Origin: Pseudomonadales bacterium
Lineage (GTDB): Bacteria > Pseudomonadota > Gammaproteobacteria > Pseudomonadales > JBFGWM01
Direction: 5' to 3'
DNA length: 41,871 nucleotides
NCBI GenBank assembly: GCA_041623535.1
Contig: JBFJWR010000001.1
Coordinates: forward strand, 1-41,871
The position numbers and the translations under genes are program-made. The number at the start of each line of letters is the position of its first letter. Position 1 is the stretch's first letter. Below, piece after piece: positions 35,456 through 41,871 of the stretch. The notes below the pieces were generated by a model. The model did no database searches, was not told the DNA's origin, and saw only the letters and a list, made by a program, of their open reading frames with translations.

Positions 35456-37141
35456 TTACGAGAAAACCATGGGGTAGATCACTTCGAGGCAGCGCCCGTC
35501 GTCACTGTATGCCAGTTCTCCGCACAGGGTGCGGATCAGCGCGAGTCCGCGGCCATGGGTCTGCTCGTCGTCCGGATCGCGGGCCAGGACCTGTTCGTAC
35601 GGAAACCCGGCACCGCTGTCCTTCAGCCGGATGAGCAGTTCGCCGTCGCCTGCGTTCCGGCGGAACGCCGTGTGTATGTGTACGTGGCCGGTCTCCAGGT
35701 CCGTCAGGCGAGAGACTTTCTCGGCGTAATATTCGACAAAGCCATCTTCATCGTGCTTCAGCCTGGAGTCGAGCCCGAGCACGCCATGATCCAGCGCGTT
35801 GGTGAACATCTCGGACAGGATCGTGAACAGGATGTCCTTGTGCTCGGCAAAGCCGGGGCTTTCACCGATCATCTCGATGAGCTGCATCACCGGGTCGGTC
35901 GTGCGCAGCAGGTCGGCATCGAGCTTCATCTCCAGGTGCCAGGGCACCATGGTGTCCAGCATGGAGGCGTCGGACTGTCCGATCGCGCTGCTGAGCTGCC
36001 CGGCAGTCAGTTCAAGCAGGGTGAAATCATCGGTCTGGCCGGCGCTGCCGATGTGCTCGCGGACATCGGCATGGATCGTGGCAATGCGGGCCTCTGCATC
36101 CGGTACAGCCTGCACACTGCGCACCATGTTCAGCAGGCGTTCCTCGCTGTACAGCGACCCGGTCTCGGAAAATGATTCGGCCATGCCATCGGTCTGGAAG
36201 TAGATGCGGTCGCCCGGGCTGAGCGGGATGATCTGTATGTCCCGTTCGAAGTCGGCGTCCTCCTCGGCGCCCAGCGGCATGTGCTGCGAGGTGATGACCT
36301 GCAGCGTGCCGTCCGGGGCGAATTTCCAGATGTCCGGCAGGCCACCACACCAGGCGGTCATGCGCGTGCCGGCCTGGTTGATCTCCACCAGCGTGGCCGC
36401 CACGAACATGTCATCGGGCAGCAGTTCCAGCAGGTCGCGGTTGATCTCCTGGGCAATGTCGCCGATGTTGAGTCCCTTGCGGGCCATGGCGTAGAAAATC
36501 CGCGCAACCGGCATCGCCGAGATGGCGGCCGACAGTCCATGCCCGGTGGCATCACCGATCAGCAGGTACAGGCTCTCACGCGGGCTGAGTGCGCCCAGCA
36601 ACAGGTCGCCGCTGAACTCGTTCATCGGCTGGAACAGCTGTTGCAGTTGCGCGGCCCGGGGCAGGGCATGGCCCTGCGCCCGGTTCAGGATGCGAGCGGC
36701 CAGCGCTTCCTCTTTCTCGCGCGACTGGCGGGCCAGTCGCAGTTCATTCCGGTCGCGCTGGATTTCCTCGTTCTGGGCGCGGGTGCGGCGCTGGGCCTCG
36801 ATCTTGGCGGTGAACAGATTGGCGTCTATGGGCTTGGTGATCACATCGCATGCGCCGGCGAGGTAGAAGCGGGCCAGCATCTCCGGGTCGGAATCCCGGC
36901 TGATAAAAAGCACCGGCGTGAACACCGAACCGGCCGCCGCACGCAGGCGCAGGGCAGTCTGGAAACCATCCATCTGCGGCAACTCGCGGTCGAGCAGGAA
37001 CAGGTCAGGGGCGGCGCTTTGCGCCTGGGCGAGGACTTCCGGGCCCGAGCAGGCCTGCAGGAGTTCAAAATCGCAGTTTTTCAGCAGGTCCTGGTAATAG
37101 CGGAACTGGTACGAGTTGGCCGTTCCGACCAGCAACTTCAT
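35456..37141 (-). CDS. Fused response regulator / PP2C (SpoIIE) phosphatase / RsbW-type HATPase kinase (HsbR-like partner-switching regulator)
   Basis: The REC domain shows LFLLDRELPQMDG. The PP2C domain shows FSGDLLLGA...LLIGDATGHGLSAAISAMPV...DGMAES...TDDFTLL. The C-terminal GHKL domain shows ILSEMFTNALDHG...HGRGLALIRTL. The architecture equals Pseudomonas aeruginosa HsbR as I recall it. Confidence 0.8.
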   Translation of the reverse strand: MKLLVGTANSYQFRYYQDLLKNCDFELLQACSGPEVLAQAQSAAPDLFLLDRELPQMDGFQTALRLRAAAGSVFTPVLFISRDSDPEMLARFYLAGACDVITKPIDANLFTAKIEAQRRTRAQNEEIQRDRNELRLARQSREKEEALAARILNRAQGHALPRAAQLQQLFQPMNEFSGDLLLGALSPRESLYLLIGDATGHGLSAAISAMPVARIFYAMARKGLNIGDIAQEINRDLLELLPDDMFVAATLVEINQAGTRMTAWCGGLPDIWKFAPDGTLQVITSQHMPLGAEEDADFERDIQIIPLSPGDRIYFQTDGMAESFSETGSLYSEERLLNMVRSVQAVPDAEARIATIHADVREHIGSAGQTDDFTLLELTAGQLSSAIGQSDASMLDTMVPWHLEMKLDADLLRTTDPVMQLIEMIGESPGFAEHKDILFTILSEMFTNALDHGVLGLDSRLKHDEDGFVEYYAEKVSRLTDLETGHVHIHTAFRRNAGDGELLIRLKDSGAGFPYEQVLARDPDDEQTHGRGLALIRTLCGELAYSDDGRCLEVIYPMVFS

Positions 37142-37153
37142 GACGGACTCAGA

Positions 37154-37459
37154 TCACTCGATCGTGAACTTCTTGTCAAACCGGGAGATGGTAAACACCT
37201 TCTTGATATGCGGACGGCAATTGATGATACGGATGCGGGAGCGGTCGGAACCGAGTTTCTTCTGCATGTTGAGCAACATGCCGAGCGCGGAGCTGTCCAT
37301 GTATTCGGCGTCATGCATGTCGATAATGACCGTTGCATCGGGCTTGGTGATCGAGGAGTAGGCTTCGCGGAACTCCTGCACAAGGCGGAAGTCGAAGCGA
37401 CCACTGACGTTGATGGTGATCTCACTGTCATCGTTGCTGGTGAAAGTGGTAATCGGCAT
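37154..37459 (-). CDS. STAS-domain anti-sigma-factor antagonist (HsbA/SpoIIAA-like)
   Basis: It carries INVSGRFDF...VIIDMHDAEYMDSSALGMLL, with a phosphorylatable Ser in DSSALG. It lies 12 nt upstream of the phosphatase/kinase gene. I prefer the ATG at 37459 (after GAGAGAG); the ATG at 37504 is possible. Confidence 0.75.
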   Translation of the reverse strand: MPITTFTSNDDSEITINVSGRFDFRLVQEFREAYSSITKPDATVIIDMHDAEYMDSSALGMLLNMQKKLGSDRSRIRIINCRPHIKKVFTISRFDKKFTIE

Positions 37460-37634
37460 GATGCGCAGCTCTCTCGCTTGGTGAAGATCCGTCTTCAGGG
37501 ACATGGTCTAGCATAGGCCAGTGGTATCCATCCGGCCAGCCTGCCGGGCGCCGGCTGCTCCCTGAAAAGCCTTTTGCCGCCTGATCTGTCCGGCCGCTTT
37601 GCTTTTCCAAATGGAGCGCGGATGCGCTGGCTGA

Positions 37635-38027
37635 TTACTCCAGGAGCCCGGCCAGAAACCCTTCCCAGTCCAGGGTGCCCAGCTTGGCCTTGTCCAGATA
37701 ATGAATGCGGCTACGGGCCAGCAGGACCCGGGTGTCCGTATCGAGACTGTGTTTCGGAAACCCGGTCAGCAGTACCACCGGCATGCCGGTTTTAGACAGC
37801 GTGGCCGTGTAGGCAAATATATCGCCTTTCAGGTTGCCGAGGTCGTAGTCCACGAAAACGATGTCGTAGGTGTCCCGCAGCAGGCGGTGCAGCGCGGGGT
37901 CGAGCTCAGTTTCCTGGGTGACGCTGAACTTGCGATCCGGGTCGCGCCCCATCGAATCGGAGAGTTCGGTTGCCATGTCGGGGTCGTCGTCCAGCAGCAG
38001 AATTCGCACGGTGTCTGGAAACTGCAT
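37635..38027 (-). CDS. Single-domain CheY-like response regulator
   Basis: It carries RILLLDDDPD...IVFVDYDLG...VVLLTG...LDKAKL, with no output domain. Confidence 0.75.
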   Translation of the reverse strand: MQFPDTVRILLLDDDPDMATELSDSMGRDPDRKFSVTQETELDPALHRLLRDTYDIVFVDYDLGNLKGDIFAYTATLSKTGMPVVLLTGFPKHSLDTDTRVLLARSRIHYLDKAKLGTLDWEGFLAGLLE

Positions 38028-38054
38028 GGGCCGGCTCCGTTAAAATCTCGGGTA

Positions 38055-38807
38055 CTACACCCAGCCGGACTGTTGCTTGCGCCTGGGTCGGAAGTGGGGA
38101 AGAAGAATCCCCATGATCAGCCCCAATATAATGGCACCCGCGCCCAGTTTGAACCACTCGTGGCCGGAGGCGTCTTTCAGGCGGCCGTTTTCGGCGTTCA
38201 GTTCGTCTATCTGGTTCTTCAGCGTACGGTTCTGCTCCAGCAACTGCTGATTGCGGTGGTCGATGGCCACCGTGTTCGCGGAAAGCTTCTTGATTCGTTC
38301 GAGTTCTTCGCTGGCCGCGTTCTTGGCGGCGGTCAGCACTTCATTCTGTTTGCGCAGTGCCGTGTTGTCTTCTTCCAGCGCGGTCAGTTGCGACTGCATC
38401 GGGTTCTTGTTGGCCTGCATCTTGCGGATCAGGGCCTGGGCCTGCTCCAGCTTCAGCTCGGCGATCGGCTCATCGACGAGGTATTGGATGGGGATATAGC
38501 CCTCGGTGCCGCCTTCGGTACGAACCAGCGCATAGCCGCTGTCTTCGTCCCGCCGCAGCACGATGACTTCGCTGCCGGATCGCAGGCCCTTGTGCACGAT
38601 ACGATGCTTGGGGCTGGCGCCGCTGCGCAGCGGAACATGCAGCCAGTCACGCACCCAGTTGCGGGTGGCAGCTTCGGCGCTGGCCGGGTAGGGCAGCAGG
38701 AATAACAGCGTAAAGGTCAGGCAGATGACGCGCACGGAACAAACCAGCTTCAGAAACAAGGCGGCTATGGTAATTGGCGTCGGGGGAATGTCAAAATTTT
38801 TCACCAT
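38055..38807 (-). CDS. Bacterial SH3-domain membrane protein (YgiM / TIGR04211-like)
   Basis: After a signal peptide comes the SH3b segment (WLHVPLRSGASPKHRIVHKGLRSGSEVIVLRRDEDSGYALVRTEGGTEGYIPIQYL). A long coiled coil and a C-terminal TM helix (WFKLGAGAIILGLIMGILL) follow. The start is the ATG at 38807 or at 38822. Confidence 0.7.
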   Translation of the reverse strand: MVKNFDIPPTPITIAALFLKLVCSVRVICLTFTLLFLLPYPASAEAATRNWVRDWLHVPLRSGASPKHRIVHKGLRSGSEVIVLRRDEDSGYALVRTEGGTEGYIPIQYLVDEPIAELKLEQAQALIRKMQANKNPMQSQLTALEEDNTALRKQNEVLTAAKNAASEELERIKKLSANTVAIDHRNQQLLEQNRTLKNQIDELNAENGRLKDASGHEWFKLGAGAIILGLIMGILLPHFRPRRKQQSGWV

Positions 38808-38845
38808 CTGCGTGGATCGCAACGATAGTGAAAAGGCTGCAACAT

Positions 38846-39145
38846 TCAGGGCAGGACGCGCTTGAACGGTTTGACGATGACCTGTCGATAGACGCCTGCG
38901 GCCAGGTAGGGGTCGGCGTCCGCCCAGGCCTGGGCGCTTTCCAGGGACGGAAATTCGGCAATGACCAGGCTGCCGGTGAAACCCAGGTCGCCGGGCTCCT
39001 CGGTATCTGCCGCCGGATGCGGGCCGGCAATCACCAGGTGGCCAAGTTCGCGCAGCGCTTCCAGCCGGGCAATGTGCGCCGGGCGCGCCTTCTTACGCAG
39101 GGGCAGGCTGTTGGGTACGTCTTCACTTATGATGGCGTAGAGCAT
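38846..39145 (-). CDS. yciI: YciI-family protein
   Basis: MLYAIISED...[22 protein letters not shown]...[43 protein letters not shown] is collinear with E. coli YciI. Its ATG shares one base with the yciB TGA (TGATG). Confidence 0.8.
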   Translation of the reverse strand: MLYAIISEDVPNSLPLRKKARPAHIARLEALRELGHLVIAGPHPAADTEEPGDLGFTGSLVIAEFPSLESAQAWADADPYLAAGVYRQVIVKPFKRVLP

Positions 39146-39729
39146 CACGTCTGGTCTCCGTGGGGTGGTTCAGGTGGGCGGGTGCTGTCAGCGGGTTCGT
39201 CATCCGGCAGGTGCTTCGCCAGCCACAGGCCCTGCAGCACGACAAAGACCAGTGTCAGGCCGAGCATGCCAAACAGCTTGAAATTCACCCAGGTGTTTTC
39301 ATCGAAATTAAAAGCCACGAAGAGGTTGAGTCCGCCAACGCAGGTAAAAAACGTGATCCAGGCGGCATTCAGGCGCGTCCAGACCTCGGCGGGTAATTGC
39401 AGGTTGGCTTCCAGCATCCGCTGAACCAGGTTCCGCTCGCCGATGAATTCGCTGCACAGGAATGCCAGGGCGAACAACCAGTTCACAACAGTCGGTTTCC
39501 ACTGGATGAAAGTTGCGTCCTGGAAGAGAATGGTCGCCCCGCCCAGCAGGGTGACCAGCACCAGCGTGACCAGGTGCATGTTTTCCACCCGGCGATGGCG
39601 GAACCAGGTCCAGCCGACCTGGGCGGCGGTGACCGGGATCAGGATCGCGGTGGCCAGCACGATATCGCCCGTGCCCTTGTAAACGGCGAAGAACACTAAA
39701 ATCGGCAGGAAATCGAAAAGGAATTTCAT
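39145..39729 (-). CDS. yciB: Intracellular septation protein A
   Basis: The ATG at 39729 gives [18 protein letters not shown]...[11 protein letters not shown]...[24 protein letters not shown]...NFKLFG, collinear with E. coli YciB. The track's 89-codon 5' extension is rejected. Confidence 0.85.
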   Translation of the reverse strand: MKFLFDFLPILVFFAVYKGTGDIVLATAILIPVTAAQVGWTWFRHRRVENMHLVTLVLVTLLGGATILFQDATFIQWKPTVVNWLFALAFLCSEFIGERNLVQRMLEANLQLPAEVWTRLNAAWITFFTCVGGLNLFVAFNFDENTWVNFKLFGMLGLTLVFVVLQGLWLAKHLPDDEPADSTRPPEPPHGDQT

Positions 39730-39807
39730 GAAGCAGCAACAACCCCGGCAAACAGCGCGCCATGGTACCGGATTTGCCGGTGGCCGGCAGGTGGCGGGAC
39801 GCCGTTC

Positions 39808-40428
39808 ATGACCCAGTTTTTTGAGATTCATCCCGACAACCCGCAGCAACGCCTGTTGCGGGGCGCTGCGGAAATCCTGCATCGGGGCGGGGTGATCGCC
39901 TATCCGACCGACTCCGCCTACGCACTGGGCTGCCTGCCGGGCGAGCGGGATGCCCTCGAGCGGGTCCGCCGCATTCGGCGCCTGACCCCGGCGCACAATA
40001 TGACCCTGGTGTGCCGCAACCTGTCGGAACTGGCGGTATTCGCCAAGGTCGACACGGCGGCGTTTCGCCTGCTCAAGGCCTATACACCGGGCCCCTACAC
40101 GTTCCTGCTGCAGGCGACCAACGAGGTGCCGCGCCGCCTGTTACACCCCAAGCGCCGCACCATCGGGCTGCGGGTGCCCGATCATGCCATCACCCAGGCG
40201 CTGCTGGCCGAAATTGGCGGGCCACTGCTGAGCACCACCCTGATACTGCCCGATGAAGAATTGCCCATGGCGGATCCGCATGAAATCCGCGAGCAGTTGC
40301 AGCATTCGGTGGACCTGGTGATCGATGGCGGCGCCTGCAGCCTGGAGCCTACCTCGGTCATCAGCCTGATTTCCGGTACCCCGGAGGTGATACGGGTGGG
40401 TCGTGGCGATGTGAGTTCCTTCGGCTAG
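39808..40428 (+). CDS. yciO: YrdC/Sua5-fold protein, YciO subfamily
   Basis: MTQFFEIHPDNPQQRLLRGAAEILHRGGVIAYPTDSAYALGC...TLVCRNLSELA...TPGPYTFLL...EVPRRLL is nearly collinear with E. coli YciO, and both are 206 aa. Confidence 0.85.
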   Translation: MTQFFEIHPDNPQQRLLRGAAEILHRGGVIAYPTDSAYALGCLPGERDALERVRRIRRLTPAHNMTLVCRNLSELAVFAKVDTAAFRLLKAYTPGPYTFLLQATNEVPRRLLHPKRRTIGLRVPDHAITQALLAEIGGPLLSTTLILPDEELPMADPHEIREQLQHSVDLVIDGGACSLEPTSVISLISGTPEVIRVGRGDVSSFG

Positions 40429-40497
40429 GCGGTCGCGTGCGCCCCATACAGTCTCTATAATCGCGGCCTCATCCGCTGACATCCTGGAGAATCCAAC

Positions 40498-41712
40498 TTG
40501 GTCAACGTTGACCCCGAGACCCGCGTATTATCGGGCATGCGACCCACGGGACGCCTGCATCTGGGGCATTATCATGGCGTTCTGGCCAACTGGATTCGGC
40601 TGCAGCACGAATTCGAATGTTTTTTCTTTGTTGCCGACTGGCATGCACTGACCACCCATTACGACCAGCCGCAGCAGATCGAGCAGCATGTCTGGGACAT
40701 GGTCATCGACTGGCTGGCGGCCGGGGTGAACCCCGGGTCCGCGACCCTGTTCCTGCAGTCCCGGGTGCCCGAGCACGCCGAATTGCACCTGTTGCTGTCC
40801 ATGATCACGCCCCTCGGCTGGCTGGAGCGGGTGCCGTCTTACAAGGACATGCGCGAACATCTCAAGGATCGTGACCTGGATACCTACGGGTTCCTGGGTT
40901 ACCCGTTGCTGCAGAGCGCCGACATCCTCATTTATCGCGCCGGCAAGGTGCCGGTCGGGCAGGACCAGGTGCCGCACGTGGAACTGACCCGCGAGGTGGC
41001 GCGGCGTTTCAATCACATGTACGGCCGCGAGCCGGGCTTTGAAGAGAATGCCGCGGCAGCCATCCGGAAAATGGGTAAAAAAGCCGGCAACGCGTTCCAG
41101 GATCTGCGCAAACGCTACCAGGAGCAGGGCGATCACGAGGCGCTGGAGCGCGCCCGGGCACTGTTGCGCGAGCAGAGCAACCTGTCGGTGGGCGACCAGG
41201 AACGACTGCTGGCTTTCCTCGATGGCGGTGGGCGTCCCATCCTGCCCGAGCCGCAGCCACTGCTGACGCCCGACTCGAAGTTGCCGGGTGTCGATGGTCA
41301 GAAAATGTCCAAGTCGTACGGCAATACCATTATGTTGCGCGAGGGCACGGACGACCTCAGCCAGAAGGTGCGGACCATGCCGACCGATCCGGCGCGGGTG
41401 CGGCGTACCGATCCCGGTGATCCGGATAAGTGCCCGGTCTGGGAACTGCACAAGGTCTATACAGACGCCCAGACGCATGAATGGGTGCAGGAAGGCTGTC
41501 GCAGTGCCGGCATCGGCTGCCTGGACTGCAAAAAACCATTGATCGAGGCGATGGATGCCACCCTGGAGCCGATTCGGATTCGGGCCCGCGAATATGAGTC
41601 CAGTCCTGACCTGGTGCGCGGCGTGATCAGCGAGGGCTGTGAAAAAGCCCGCGAGCAGGCCCGCGAGACGCTGGATTCCGTGCGGCGGGCCATGGGGCTT
41701 GATTACCGCTAG
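40498..41712 (+). CDS. trpS: Tryptophan--tRNA ligase, long form with insertion and a four-Cys motif
   Basis: HIGH-type HLGHY and KMSKS are present, with the class-Ic layout (LSGMRPTGRLHLGHYHG...VGQDQVPHVELTREVARRFN). The TTG start lies 7 nt after GGAGA. Confidence 0.9.
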   Translation: MVNVDPETRVLSGMRPTGRLHLGHYHGVLANWIRLQHEFECFFFVADWHALTTHYDQPQQIEQHVWDMVIDWLAAGVNPGSATLFLQSRVPEHAELHLLLSMITPLGWLERVPSYKDMREHLKDRDLDTYGFLGYPLLQSADILIYRAGKVPVGQDQVPHVELTREVARRFNHMYGREPGFEENAAAAIRKMGKKAGNAFQDLRKRYQEQGDHEALERARALLREQSNLSVGDQERLLAFLDGGGRPILPEPQPLLTPDSKLPGVDGQKMSKSYGNTIMLREGTDDLSQKVRTMPTDPARVRRTDPGDPDKCPVWELHKVYTDAQTHEWVQEGCRSAGIGCLDCKKPLIEAMDATLEPIRIRAREYESSPDLVRGVISEGCEKAREQARETLDSVRRAMGLDYR

Positions 41713-41800
41713 AAACCGCCGGGGGTTCTTCCGGTACCCGGAGGCCGCGTCGCGGCATCTGGGCTAATCTATCAGCTTCGTTACGCGAGGGGCGCTGACC

Positions 41801-41871
41801 ATGCAGAAAATTCCGATTACCGATGCCGGCTGGTTCCTGATGGAGTCACGCTCAACCCCCATGCACGTGGG
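41801..41871 (+). CDS. 5' end of a wax-ester synthase/diacylglycerol acyltransferase (WS/DGAT)-like gene; continues beyond the window
   Basis: MQKIPITDAGWFLMESRSTPMHV matches the characteristic N-terminus of the family (D..FL..E....PMHVG). Only 23 codons are visible. Confidence 0.45.
   Translation, partial: MQKIPITDAGWFLMESRSTPMHV

Noticed and set aside
39745-39780. An 8-bp inverted repeat, CCGGCAAA-N20-TTTGCCGG, lies in the 78-nt yciB/yciO divergent spacer.
   Set aside because: It is a real inverted repeat, but it has no recognisable regulator consensus and a long loop. I note it here only as an unexplained palindrome.
1-41871. I searched the whole window for CRISPR arrays, tandem DNA repeats, IS elements or transposases, integrases, prophage genes, restriction-modification genes and toxin-antitoxin pairs.
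   Set aside because: No regularly spaced direct repeats, terminal inverted repeats or hallmark motifs (DDE transposase, tyrosine or serine recombinase, methyltransferase-nuclease pairs) were seen in any frame.

Overview
The window is a visibly GC-rich chromosomal segment that looks gammaproteobacterial from its gene content, though the organism is not identifiable from sequence alone. I call about 35 protein genes and one tRNA-Asn. Housekeeping anchors are rlmL (5' end outside the window), uvrB, a class-I aspartate-type aminotransferase, a periplasmic cyclophilin, yciI-yciB, yciO and trpS; a 3'-truncated WS/DGAT-like gene starts at the right edge. The rest is dominated by signal transduction. 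It includes two GGDEF diguanylate cyclases, a stand-alone GAF protein, a tandem-REC protein and an MscS channel fused to a cNMP-binding domain. It also has a REC-PAS-HK-REC hybrid kinase, an HsbR/HsbA-like partner-switching module, and a 1300-aa kinase-like STAND ATPase whose kinase catalytic residues are all substituted. The most unusual region is a divergent five-gene locus at about 18.6-24.7 kb. Leftward it encodes a 663-aa orphan protein with a papain/calpain-like Q..C...H...N signature, followed by an HDAC/acetylpolyamine-amidohydrolase-family enzyme. Rightward it encodes an L-amino-acid-ligase-sized ATP-grasp enzyme, a solitary EctC-type ectoine-synthase cupin with intact metal ligands but no ectA/ectB, and a trypsin-fold peptidase that lacks any canonical start codon upstream of its catalytic His. 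I flag this locus as the best candidate for an undescribed system, possibly N-acyl diamine/polyamine or cyclic-amidine metabolism; this is inference only. It is followed by a visibly more AT-rich islet carrying a PEGA lipoprotein next to the tRNA-Asn 3' end. I saw no CRISPR array, IS element, integrase, restriction-modification genes or toxin-antitoxin genes. Most long antisense ORFs in the track are Arg/Ala/Pro/Gly-rich shadows of real genes, as expected in GC-rich DNA. All functional calls rest on motif recognition by eye; no database search was run.
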